A stretch of DNA of 47,645 nt from Basidiobolus meristosporus CBS 931.73 (Eukaryota; Fungi; Basidiobolomycota): assembly GCA_002104905.1 (NCBI GenBank), contig MCFE01000671.1:1-47645 (forward strand). Reading direction: 5' to 3'. Shown piece by piece: positions 35,908 through 47,645 of the stretch; the stretch's first letter is position 1; each line of letters opens with the position of its first letter. The notes beneath the pieces were generated by a model. That model was not told where the DNA came from. It did not search any database and saw nothing but the letters and a program-made list of their open reading frames with translations. The translations under genes and the position numbers were made by a program.

Positions 35908-36274
35908 TGTTGTGATCTGCTGCTTAAATGGTTAAGTTAGATCAGTTTTTAGTCAAATTAATAGTTATATGCCTAGCTTATAAGTACATCAGTATTATCT
36001 CTGAAATCAGTAGCATTGTTCACAAATTAATCAGCAGATCCTTATTAGACAGAAATATATATATTAAGTAGATTCTAATTGGGTGATGATGATACAATCA
36101 AATGAGCCATCAGCCACAGCCTGCATTAGGAAGTACAATTAGTCAGCAATTGATCTGGCAAAATGTACATAAGGAGCTGCTGAAACCTCAATGAAGATCA
36201 GGTCAAGTTTAAATGAATACAATACTATCTAAACTTCCTATTTGTCTATAACTCTTATACCAAGACTTGTAACA
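35908..36274 (+). repeat. Gypsy-3b 3' LTR (367 bp)
   Basis: TGTTG...TAACA after the PPT. Confidence 0.9.
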
Positions 36275-37614
36275 CCAAGATGATATGCTAAGGTTCTCAA
36301 GTGTTTGATCTGCTGCATTTCCAGTTAAGCTTCCAATGTCTTTGCCATAAGGTTTGCTCCTCTATCAGATAAAATCTCTTCAGGGCATCTAAAATGCATG
36401 TGGATCTCCTAGTAGATGAAACTTGCAACTTCTTGCGCACTGGCTACATGTACTGCTTAAGCCACGGACCATTTAGTGGCTTGGTCAATTGCTACTAGGA
36501 TCCAATGGTTGCATTTCCTGGTGGTTGGCAGTCTTCCAATAAAGTCAATTCCCCAGCTTTCAAATATTCTTACAGGCTCCAAGGGAAAGAGTATGGCAAT
36601 TCTCAGTGGTTGGCCATGGTTTATTTGGCAATTTGGGCATGTTTTCACTAGCCGCTCAGTGTCTTGTTTCATTCTAGGCCACCATGCTCTGGCTTTCACA
36701 TGGCTGTAGATTCCTGCAATTGCACAATGTTCATATTCATTATGAAGCTTATGTTTTAAACCCAGGCATGCAATATAAGGGCAATAGGCAATTGGGCTTC
36801 AATCAATAATTTGGTAGTGTGTTTCATCCTGAACCACAAATTTGCTGGCTTCATCCTGGATTATCTTCTTAATCTCCTCATTTGGTCCTCCAAGTACTTT
36901 GGTAATAGGCTAGGCCAATCTGATTCATACACCAAGTTGAGTTGTGCAACTGGTTCTAATCTTGATAAGGCATTGGTAACCTTGTTGTTTTTCCAGGGCT
37001 GTAGACAATCTTCAAATCAAATTTTTGCTGAATGTATTCCCTCCATCTTGCCATTCTTCTAAAGAGTATCTTCTAAGTAAATGTATACTTGAGTAAGGCT
37101 AGTATTGTATTTGCTAAACTTGAACAGATTGTTATTAAGGTTCCAGCAGCTCCTTTTGCCTGATCAATTGCTGACTAATTGTCTTTCCTAAACTAAGTTG
37201 TGGCTGATGATGATGAAATATTGGACTATTTGGTATCATTTGGCAACTAAAAATTTACTTAACAATTCTGGACTAGTCTTGATCACTGTGGGACTAATAT
37301 ACAGCTCTAACATTGCACTTTCTCCAGATATATGATCTTGTGATTATTCCCCTATAGTCAGGATTAAATCAGCACTATTACCAAACATTATGTGCTAACC
37401 CTGAAACTGTTACAGAATGCTCCTGAATATTGAGAAACCCTCCTTACTTAGTGTTACAGCTGTATTACTTCTACAAAGGTATAAATACTGAGCTTCATTA
37501 TTAATAAACAACAGTTCAACTATTATCACTATTTCTTGATAAGCTCCTTATATCCAAATCACTTCTTAAATTGCAACAGGTTGTAAGCCCCAATTGCCTT
37601 AATCTATTCTAAAG

Positions 37615-40600
37615 ATGACTTTTACCAGCAAACAGAACAACACAAACATCTTCCCTGTAAAGGAGAGGTTTGATGGAAAGAACTACAAACTTTGGAGAAT
37701 CAAGATGCAGATCCACCTTGAAGAAAGGAAGCTTTGGAATATAGTAATAGCAAAAGAAGTTGAGCCCAAAGGAACAGCAGAAGAAGTGGAGAAGTTTCAA
37801 GAGAAGGAGAGAAAGACCTTTAATGCCATATGTATCAATGTGCAATATTACTTCATTGGACAAATCCATGCCTCAAATACTGCCATAACAACATGGGAAT
37901 CCTTAGAGAAGATCTTTAGGGCAAAATCAGTATCAAGCAAGCTTTATTTGAAACAAAAGTTCTTCAACATGAGGAAGAAGCCAGATGATCACATGCTGCA
38001 ACTCATTACCAAAATGGAGACACCTGCAGAAGAACTTTACAGTATTAATGCTGGTGTAAATGATGAAGAAAAGATACTCCGTCTGCTTTGCAGCCTACCA
38101 GACAAGTATGAGCCACTCATACTTTCTTTTGAAAGCCAAGAAGACAACTGGACTTTAGACAATGTCAAAGGAAGACTTCTTCATGAAGAACTCAGACATA
38201 ATGATCAAGCAGAGAAAATTGAAGATAATACTTTATTCAGTTCAGAAAGGCACTCACAAAAGAAGGGAAAACAACAAAACCAAAGAAAACCTGGTTGCTG
38301 CAACTATTATAAAAAGCCAGGACACTGGGCAAGAGAATGCAAGAAGAGACAAGCAGACAAAAAACAGAAACCAGAGCAGGCAAACCATACAAATACTGAT
38401 GAGCAGTTATTTGTAACCATACAAGAAAGTGCAGGTAACCAAAGTAATGAATGGTATATTGACTATGGAACCTCACAGCATATTTGTGGTATAAAGGAGT
38501 GGTTCAGCAACTTAAAAACTATTCCTGTAAGAAAGGTTTATCTGAGAGATAACTCTGCTCTGGAAGCTACGGCAAGTGGGTCTATACAACTAAATATGAG
38601 CAATAGCTCAGGGGCAACTACAGCAAGACTCACTGACATACTCTATATACCTGAAATAGCTAAGAACTTACTCTCAGTCAGTAAAGCAACTGCTCAGGGA
38701 CTGAAATTTGTTTTTAATAAAATGAGCTGCTCAATATTGAGTGAGAATGGACAAAAATTATCTTGGGGAATCAGAGATCACAATATATTCAAGTTACAAT
38801 GCAAGATCATTGTACCTGAGTATGTCAACATTGCTGAAACTGATGAAACCAACTGGGAGACGTGGCATAGGGGGCTAGGACACATTGGGGAACAGAAAAT
38901 GAGCCAATTGGTCAAAAATCCGCTTGTTTTGGGCATAAAATACTCAATTCCAATCAAATTGAATGTTTGTAAGGGATGTTCATATGGCAAACAAGTTGGC
39001 AATGTTTCAAGAGCTCAGAAGGCATCAATACAATCAAAATATTGGCTAGTGTACACTCAGACATATGTGGCCCCATGAGAACACTGTCCTTTGGAGCCAA
39101 GAGATACTTTATGATGTTTATTGATGACAAAACAAGATGTACATGGGGGTACTTCCTCAAAACAAAGGATGAAGCTTTAGAGATGTTTGAGAACTTCAAG
39201 AACATGGCAGAAACACAAATTGGGTGTAAATTGAAGGTACTACAAAGTGTCAATGGAGGAGAATACTGCTCAAAGGAGTTTGCAAAATACTGCTCATCTA
39301 CTGGTACACTTCAACAGTCCACAGTTCCTCATACTCCACAGCAAAATGGAGTAGCAGAATGTCAAATAGAAAAATAGTATAGATGGGAAGATCTATACTA
39401 CATGATAAGGGAATGGACTACAAGCTTTGGGTTGAATCTATTGCTACCAATGTATACATCAAGAACATATGCCCAACAACAGCACTACACAATTCTATAC
39501 CCTTTGCAGCTTATACAGGCAAAAAACTAGATCTCCAGCACCTCAAGATCTTTGGCAGTGATGTTTTTTATCACATCCGTGACAATAAACGCTCAAAGTT
39601 GGAACCAAAGAGTAGGAAAGGGATCTTTCTTGGGTATTGTGAAGATACTAAAGGGTAAAGAGTGTATGATGGCAAAATTCACAAGCCGATCAAGAGCAGG
39701 GACGTTGTATATGAGGAGAATTCAGATCAGAAAGCCACAGATATCATTGGCCAGCTGCCTGATGATGCAATCAACACTAATGAAGAAGATACGTGCCAAA
39801 TCCCGCCAGATACAGAAGATACTTCTACCAGTTCCAGATCAGAACAGATTTTCCCAGTTAGGAGATCTATGAGTGTAAGAAATGCCCCTGGATCCTGGTG
39901 GCAGACAACCAATGATCATGAAGAAGCTAATCTTGCCTTATGTGCCAAACCTGAGAATCTGGTACAGGCAATGCAGAGTCCAGATGCTACTAAGTGGCAA
40001 CAAGCCATGCAGGAGAAGTACCAATCACTGATCAAGGCAAAAACGTGGGAACTGATAGATTTACCAAATGGGAGAAAGCTGATAGGATGTAGATGGGCCT
40101 ACAAGATCAAGATAACCTCAAATGGTGCCGTTGATAAGTACAAGGCTAGATTGGTGGCTAAAGGCTATTCCCAGATCCAAGGACTAGACTTTAAGCAAAG
40201 ATTTAGGTGACCAAGAGGCACTTATACAGACAAAATCAGATCTCTTCAGCAAGTTTGAGATGAAAGATCTTGGAAAATTGAGCTATTTTCTTGGAATTGA
40301 GGTCAAATTTGACATACTTATGCAGAAAATTGCGCTGAGTCAGACTAAGTACATCTGGGACATTTGTAGAAGCTTCAAAATGGAAAATTGCAAATCTGCA
40401 GCTACCCCTTTGGACAATAACCTGAAATTAAGCAAATCTCAGCCAGTTATAGATGAAAATGGCCCAAATATGGACCAAAACTTTCCCTATCAATCAATAG
40501 TTGGTAGCCTAATGTACTTGATGGTGTCTTCACGTCCAGATATTTCAGTGCCAGTTGGAAAAGTCAGTCAATTCATGCAAAACTACAGATTAGATTAAAT

Positions 40601-41042
40601 TATAATAGTCAAGCAAATCTTCAGATATCTACAAGTCACCATCAAGATGGTACTGGAATACTCTGGAGCTGCTAATAGAAAAATATGCAATGGTTATAGT
40701 GATTCAGATTAGGGTAGGGATCTGATTGACAGAAGCTCTATGGCTACAAAATTATTCAAAGACTTAGGTTTTATTTCAGATGAAACAACATCTATTTATA
40801 AGGATAATCAATATTGTATTTCATGAGCTAGAAATCTTATTAATCATGCCAGAACTAAGCACATTGATATACAGCATCACTTTGTGAGGAAAGCTGTAGA
40901 AAATAACTTAGTAGAGTTAGTGTACTGCCCAACTAACAAAATGGTGGCAGATATATTGACAAAACCACTAGCTAGGCCACAATTTGAGAATATCAGAGAG
41001 GAATTAGGATTAAGAGATTATTTAGTTGAGGGGGAGTGTTGA
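37615..41042 (+). pseudogene. pol: Copia-A4 gag-pol (first 487 codons open)
   Basis: ORF 37615-39078 with CCHC knuckle and protease, followed by IN, RT and RH fragments. Confidence 0.93.
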
Positions 41043-41405
41043 AATATTGGACTATTTGGTATCATTCTGCAGCTAAAAGTTTACTTAACAATTCTGGACT
41101 AGTCTTGGTCACTGTTGGACTAATTTACAGCTCTAACTTTGCCACTTTCTCCAGATCTTTGATATTATGATTATTCCCCTAAAGTCAGGATCAAATTAGC
41201 ACTAATACTAACTATTATGTACTAACCCTGAAACTGTTACAGAATGCTCCTGAATATTGAGAAACCCTCCTTACTTAGTGTTACAGCTGTATTACTTCTA
41301 CAAAGGTATAAATACTGAGCTTCATTATTAATAAACAACAGTTCAACTATTATCACTATTTCTTGATAAGTTCCTTATATCCAAATCACTTCCTAAATTG
41401 CTACA
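41037..41405 (+). repeat. Copia-A4 3' LTR
   Basis: After PPT gagggggag; TGTTG...CTACA. Confidence 0.95.
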
Positions 41406-42864
41406 GATGACTCATTTGATTACATATTCATCACACAATAAGATTCTACTATATATATCTATTTCTGTCTGATTGGGATCTGCTGATTCATTTGCTGAAT
41501 TATGCTGCTGATTTGATAGATAACACCACTACACTGATAGGCTCAATATGTAACTAATTATTTGGACTAAAAGCTGATCTAACTCAAATAATCAAGCAGT
41601 ACATCATTACAAATCACTGGGCAAGGCAAAAATGTTGGAGCTGGTAGATTTACCAAATGGGAGAAAACCAATCAGATGTAGATGGGTCCACAGATCAAGA
41701 TAGCCTCAAATAGTATGTTTGATAAGTACAAGGCTAGATTGGTGGTTAAAGACTATTCCCAAATCCAGGGACTAGACTTTAAGCAAACATTTGCTCCAGT
41801 TGCTAAGTTTAGCTCCATTTGGGCAGCTCTTGACCTGGCAGCTGTACATATTCTAGATCTTTACCAAATGGATCACACAACAGCCTTTCAGGTGGGGATT
41901 TACAGGTAATGATATATTTATGGAGCAACCAGATAGCTTTATCAATCTAAAAGGCCCCCATAAGGCGTGCAGACTCAGGAAAATGTTTCATGGGCCTAAG
42001 CAGGCACCTAGAGCATAGTATAACCAGATTAATACATATCTGGAGAAGATTGGGTTCATTTGTAGCACTGCAGATCACAGTATATATGTGAAGCAGCTCA
42101 AAAAGGTGTGATCATTGTGGTTCTTTATGTGCACAACCTACTAATAGCTAGAAGTGATCCTGAGGCACTTGAACAGAAAAAATCAGATTTCTTCTGCAAG
42201 TTTGATATGAAAGATCATGGAAAATTTAGCTATCTACTTGGAATTGAAGTCAAATCTGACTTACCTACTCAGAAGACTGTACCAAGTCAGTCTAAGTACA
42301 TCAGGGAAATTCTTAGATGCTTTAAATGGACAATTGCAGACCTGCAGCTACCCCTATGGAAAATAATCTAAAGTTCAGCAAAACTCAGTCAGCTTTAGGT
42401 GAAAACAGCTCAAATATGGACCATAACCTTCCCTACAAATAGCAATTTTTGCCTGATGTACCTGATGGTGTCTACATGTCCAGATTTTGCAGTGTCAGCT
42501 GGAATAGTCAGTCAATTCATGCAAAACTACAGATTAGATTAAATTATAATAGTCAAGCAAATCTTCAGATATCTACAAGTCACCATCAAAATGGTACTGA
42601 AATACTCTGGAGCTGCTAATAAACAAATATGCAACGGTTATTGTGATTCAGATTAGGGTAGGGATCTGACTGACAGAAGCTCTACTACTCTATTTCTTTG
42701 TGCTGGTGCAGCTATTACTTGGAGTTGCAAGAAACAACCCAGAGTGGCCCTATCTTCAACTGAAGCTGAATATATGGGCACTTGTCAAGCAATTAAGGAG
42801 GCTATATGGCTACAGTGCTATTTGAGACTTGGGCTTTAATTCAGATGAACCAACATGTATTTAC

Positions 42865-45800
42865 TGTTGTAAAAATTTGAAATCCCACCTCAATATTCAC
42901 CTAACTTAGTCACTTAGATCATTACCCTCCAGTCCTAGAAAATACAAACAAATTCCTTGTTGGGATTTACTTAGACTAACATGAAAATTCTCAAAGTTGT
43001 CCAAACGGCCCCAAACTTTGCACACATGTTCTTGGGACCTTCCTTAACCTATTCTATGTGTTTGTAATGCCAAGATTAGGTAAAAGTATAAATACTACTT
43101 TTACATTCAATAAATCATTAAGTGAAAACCACATATTCTACTTGTTCTCCCAATCACTTCCAATATCTCTAAGACTCTTACAACAGGCTATGAGCCCCAA
43201 GCTGTCACTCTCTGCAATGTATACTACTGCTATTACTGGAATTTTTCCCTCTGCTGAAAAGCTGGATGAATCTAACTACCAAGTGTGGAAGGTGAAGATG
43301 AAGATGCTGCTACAAGAAAGAGGCCATTGGGATATTGTCATGGGAGAAGACTGCCCTCCTAAAAACATGGGAGAGGAAGCTTTGAGGTACCAGAAGAAAG
43401 AACAAAGTGCCTTTAACTGCATCTGCCTTAATGTCAAGGACAAATTGCTAATTCAATGCTCAAGAGCAAAAATAGCAAAGAATGCATGGAAGGAAATAGA
43501 AGACACCTACCAGTCATGTTCAGCAGCCAAGAAAATGTATCTGAGATGAAAATTCTTTACTACAAAGATGCAACCTGGAGAAGAAATGAAAAATCTAATT
43601 AACAGAATTACCCTGCTGGTAGATGAGATGGAATCTATGGGCATATCAACTACTGATGAGGATGTGCTAGTTACCATCCTGAATAGCCTGATAGACAAGT
43701 TTCAGGGCCTTGTATCAGCCCTAGAGTCCAGAACTGTAGATTTGACCTTAAATTATGTATATGGAGGGCTCCTGGATGAAGAGTTAAGAAATCAAGCGCC
43801 AATAAGAAGGAAGAAGAAAATGCTTTAATAAGCAATGATAGCCAACAAAGGAGGTACCCAAGACCCTACAAAGGCAACCAAAACCTGTTTTGCAACTACT
43901 GCAAAAGGAAAGGACTCACATCAGACCGGTGTCTCAAAAAGAAAGATTATCAGCAAAAGAAGCCTGAATATGGAAATACTGCATCAACTGAAGATAGACT
44001 ATTCATATCTGCACAAAATATGACCACAAACAAAGATTCTCAGATGCTGTATATTGACTCTGGAGTATTTCAACACTTTACCCACCAAAAAGAACTTTTT
44101 ACCCAATATTAAGAAATTCTAATTAAGAAGGTTTTCATGGGTGACAATAAAACACTTGATGCAGTGGGAGAAGGAACTATCCAAGTAAACCTTAGAAGCA
44201 GTGAAGGAAGCCATACACTGACCTTTAAAGAAGTACTCTATATACCAGCAATAGCCAAGAACCTACTCTTTGTAAGCAAGGCCACAGCAGAAGGACTCAG
44301 TTTTGGTTTTGACAATCTGGATGCAGGATCACTGATCAAAATGGTGCTCATATTGCTTTGGGCATCAGGGATCAGAATCTACACAAGTTGACTTATATTC
44401 CATCATATTTGGAAGCCATTATAAGTAACTTAATGAAGTAACACCAAGGCTTTGGCACAGGAGATTTGGGCACATCAATTTTGATTATTTGCGCAAAATG
44501 ATCAAAGATCAGCTAATTTCTGCAGTGAAAATTAATCTCCCAGCTAAATTGGAGCACTGTGAAGCCTGCATATATGGGAAACCAGCCAGTCAACTGTTCA
44601 AGAGCTCTGGGTTAGTCAAAACTAAGAAAAAATTAGATCTAATTCACTCAGATCTGAGTGGACCTATGCTAAATTTATCCTTAGGCGGGATGAAGTATTT
44701 GATCACTTTTATTGATGATTATACAAGATAGACATAGGTCTACTTCATGGAGAGAAAGGCAGAAGCTCTGTCTAAGTTCAGGGAGTTTAAAGCCATGGTG
44801 GAGAGAGAAACTGGTGAAAAAATCAAGAAAATATGCTCTGACAATGGTGGAGAATATACCTCGAAACTCTTCATCCACTTCTGCAAATTTCATGGGAAAA
44901 AGCAGGAGACTACTGTACCATACTCCGCACAGCAAAATGGAGCAGCAGAACAGGCTAACAGAGCAATAATTGATATGGCAAGATTTATGATCCATGATCA
45001 AAAATTATCCTATGATTTTTGGGCAGAATCAGTTGCCACTGCTCTATACCTTAAAAATAGGAGTAATAACAAAATACTTTGTGATTCTACTCCATTTGAA
45101 ACATGGTGTGGATACAGACAAAGTGCGGAACATCTAAGAATATTTGGGTGTATAGCATATGCCAAAAAACTGGCCGGAAATCAGTCAAAATTTGAGCCAA
45201 AAAGTGTAAAATGCATATTTTTGGGCTACTGCAATGAGAGTAAGGCATACAGACTCTGCAATACCAAAGCAAAGAATCTGATCATGTCCAGGGATATGTT
45301 GTTCGATGAAAATCCAAAATTTTTACAAAATTTTACATCAGATGATGACAAAAATCTGATCTCAAGTCCACCAATTGTCAGGATTGAATCAGAGCAAAAT
45401 AATGAAACTTTTTTCACTCCAGAGGACTCTTCAACTGTGGCTCAGCCAGAATTGGTGCCCAGGAATATCCCAGAAGTGATCATTCCAGTATCAAATGCCC
45501 AGATATCCAATTGGACAAGAAATAGCCCAAATTACTATATCAATGAGGGTACAAACTTAGCCTATGCCTATTCAGTCCATATTAATGAATCCCAGACTGT
45601 AAAAGAGGCCCTAAATAACCCTCAGACAAAGTTTTGAAGATTGGCAATGACTGAGGAATATCAGGCCCTGATGGAAAATCAAACTTGGGACTTGGTCAAA
45701 CTACCAAGCAACCAAAAATCAATTGGATGCAGATGGGTCTTCAAGACAAAACACAAGGCTGATGGTACAATTGAAAGATACAAAGCAAGACTTGTGGCTA

Positions 45801-47514
45801 AAGGATACTCTCAAACAAAAGGACTTGACTATACTGAGACCTTTGCACCGGTAGCCAAGTTTAATTCCATCAGATTAATATTGGCTATTGCAGCCAAATA
45901 TAAGTTTTTTATTCACCAAATGGATGTAAAAACTGCAATTTTGAATGGAGAACTTGATGAGGACATGTATATAGACCAGTCTGATGGGTTTGTTGACCAA
46001 GATAACCCCCATTTGGTCTGCAAGCTTAAAAAGTCACTATGTGGTCTCAAACAATCTCCAAGAGCCTGGAATTGCAAGATAGATTCTTATTTGGAATCTT
46101 TGAGTTTCAAAAGGAGTAATGTGGACTATAGTATATACTACAAGTCAGATAGAGCAAATCCAGTTCTATTAGTCTATATGTGGATGATCTTATTACAGCC
46201 ACCAATAATATAGAAACATTGGAAGAAACTAAATCCAGCCTATCTAAGGAGTTCAAAAAGTCCAATCTAAGAGAACTCAGTTCCTACTTAGGGAATAGGT
46301 TCTCCATAGACAGAAGTACCCAGACTATTACCCTCAATCAATCCAAGTATATTCAGGATACACTAAAGAAGTACCAAATTGAAGACTGCAAACTAGCAGC
46401 TACACCAATGGTGACAAACCTGAGCTTGGTCAAAACTTAACTAAACCAAGAGAGCTTGTTGCCATCTGAAAGCCCGGACTTCTCTTATCATACTATATTG
46501 GCAGTCTGATGTATGTCATGCTTGGAACATGTCCAGATATCTCATATTCAGTGGGAGTTGTCAGCCAACATATTCAGAATTATGGATCTGATCATATTGC
46601 AGTAGTTAAGCGGATTTTTTAGATACCTAAAAGGAACTGCTGATATCTGCTGAAGATACACTTATAAGAACTCAGAAAAGAATCTTGGGGACATTCTGAT
46701 GCAGATTGGGGACAAAATTTGGAAGACAGAAGATCCACCACAGGATACACCTTTCTTTACTGTAAAGGGGCAATTTCATCAAATTCAAGAAAGCAACCAA
46801 CCATAGCACTTTCTACCACAGAGGCAGAGTACATGGCTGCCTGTGAAGCTATAAAAGAAGCAATGTGGTTAAGAAAGCTTTTTATAGATTTAGGCCTATG
46901 TCAAAAAATGCCTATTACTTTATTTCAAGATAATCAAGGATGTATACAATTAGGTAGAAATCCAACTTCTCATGCTAGAACCTAGCACATAGATGTTAGA
47001 CATCACTTTATATGTGAAGCTATAGAGAATAACCTAGTTAACTTAGCTGACTGTGCTACAGAAGTAGTGATTGTAGACAAATTTACCACTCCATTAGCTA
47101 GAGACAAGTTTGGATATCTTAGGTCAAATTTAGGCCTAGTCAGTATGAGCATTTAGCTGAGTGGGAGTGATGTAAAAATTGGTAATTCCACCTAAATATT
47201 CATCTAACTTAGTCACTTATGTCATTACCTTCAAATCCTAGAGAATACTGACCAAATTCCTTGTCAGGATTTACTTGGAATATTTTCACCAAAATACCAG
47301 GTGCCCAGAATATGAGAATTCTCAGAGTTGTCCAAACAGCCCCAAACTTTGCACACATATTCTTGGGACCTTCCTTAGTCAATTCTACATGTTTGTTATG
47401 CCAAGACCGTGTAAAAGTATAAATACTACTTTTACATTCAATAAATCATTGAGTGAAACACATAATCTACATGTACTCCCAATTACTTCCAATATCTCCA
47501 AAGTTCTTACAACA
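42865..47514 (+). mobile_element. Copia-B5, full-length structure but apparently recombinant (non-matching flanks)
   Basis: LTRs 42865-43185 and 47168-47514; PBS ggctatgagcccc at 43186; PPT 47159-47167; flanks TTTAC vs CAAAT. Confidence 0.9.
43190..47156 (+). pseudogene. pol: Copia-B5 gag-pol
   Basis: IHSDLSGP, SDNGGEY, QQNGAAE, YKARLVAKG, QMDVKTA, TTGYTF, FQDNQGC motifs; several stops. Confidence 0.93.
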
Positions 47515-47645
47515 CAAATCTCCCAGGCTAGAGCATTGGTACTTCCTCATTTAAGCTACTTATATTAGCTTCCAGATATGAAGGAGTATAAGTCAAATTG
47601 TACAGATTCTGAGCTCTAATACCCAAAGCAATATGAGCATCATCT
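47515..47645 (-). pseudogene. Copia-B GAG-pre-integrase fragment (target of the B5 3' LTR)
   Basis: Reverse complement aligns with 44340-44468. Confidence 0.75.

Larger units (their letters stand above)
32278..36274 (+). mobile_element. Gypsy-3b, 5'-truncated, inserted antisense into the Gypsy-3a integrase
   Basis: gag C-terminus (PMEIDA), protease (IETGAS), RT (PSKSPWGAP, KIDLMSGY), RH, IN 34897-35940, PPT aggggagaa, 3' LTR. Confidence 0.9.
37211..41405 (+). mobile_element. Copia-A4, inserted in the Gypsy-3a 5' LTR; two internal RT/RH deletions (near 40200 and 40740)
   Basis: TSD GATGA at 37206-37210 and 41406-41410; LTRs 37211-37578 and 41037-41405; PBS ggttgtaagcccc. Confidence 0.95.
31311..41611 (-). 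mobile_element. Gypsy-3a (outer copy): 3' LTR 31311-31676, IN C-terminus to ~32275, IN/RH 36275-37100, 5' LTR remnant ~37101-41611
   Basis: 4-bp TSD AATC at 31307-31310 and 41612-41615; both LTRs match 35908-36274. Confidence 0.85.
28996..42864 (+). mobile_element. Old Copia-A2 (LTR 28996-~29325; gag-IN 29326-31310; RT-RH 41612-42864), split by Gypsy-3a and cut by Copia-B5
   Basis: Diverged A-type LTR fused by deletion to gag; RT frame rejoins across TSD AATC (taccaatc|actg). Confidence 0.85.

Noticed and set aside
7862-47156. Non-standard genetic code (TAA/TAG = Gln) explaining the shared stops
   Set aside because: Long open frames (487 and 296 codons) use CAA/CAG with no TAR; many TAGs replace Trp, Glu or Lys codons; one shared stop is TGA
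1057-47568. Many short ORFs in the track (e.g. 1057-1248, 3537-3926, 5508-5780, 12096-12437, 21138-21410, 43058 N-terminus, 47275-47568) as host genes
   Set aside because: They are antisense or alternative-frame shadows of TE ORFs or run through LTRs, and show no independent motifs
1-47645. Fungal RIP as the main mutational process
   Set aside because: CpA/TpG remain abundant and depletion is concentrated on CpG; scattered CAG>TAG and TGG>TAG changes are not enough without a computed spectrum
1-47645. Assigning a host species (early-diverging fungus or Physarum-like amoebozoan)
   Set aside because: TE content and CpG loss fit several lineages; there is no host gene in the window to decide

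Overview
This 47.6-kb window is a eukaryotic, almost CpG-free transposon nest with no recognisable host gene, RNA gene or CRISPR array. Target-site duplications (TSDs) allow most of the nesting to be reconstructed. It holds two Ty1/copia families (A, 369-bp LTR; B, ~349-bp LTR), both with a half-tRNA-iMet type primer site. There are three Ty3/gypsy lineages: Gypsy-1 with an extra ~1.3-kb ORF region after integrase; a chromovirus Gypsy-2; and Gypsy-3 with chromovirus-like gag/RT, a different integrase, no chromodomain and a 4-bp TSD. A two-gene cut-and-paste DNA transposon (DDE_Tnp_4-type transposase plus a divergent Myb/SANT-like ORF, TIR AGACTTGTTCC, 3-bp AAT TSD; PIF/Harbinger-ISL2EU-Spy (PHIS) class, probably Pangu-like) occurs as three copies plus a 211-bp MITE. 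Solo or partial LTRs of two further families are also present. All coding regions are decayed by stops, frameshifts or deletions. Best leads: (1) an unidentified LTR family inserted twice exactly after TCCGG in a CpG-starved background; (2) the AAT-targeting transposon/MITE system, whose copies 1 and 2 share nonsense mutations; (3) the Gypsy-1 accessory ORF; (4) a possibly modular Gypsy-3 pol; (5) a conversion-like tract between neighbouring Copia-A copies. Family names A/B/1/2/3 are my own labels. All alignments were done by eye, and the host cannot be identified from this window.
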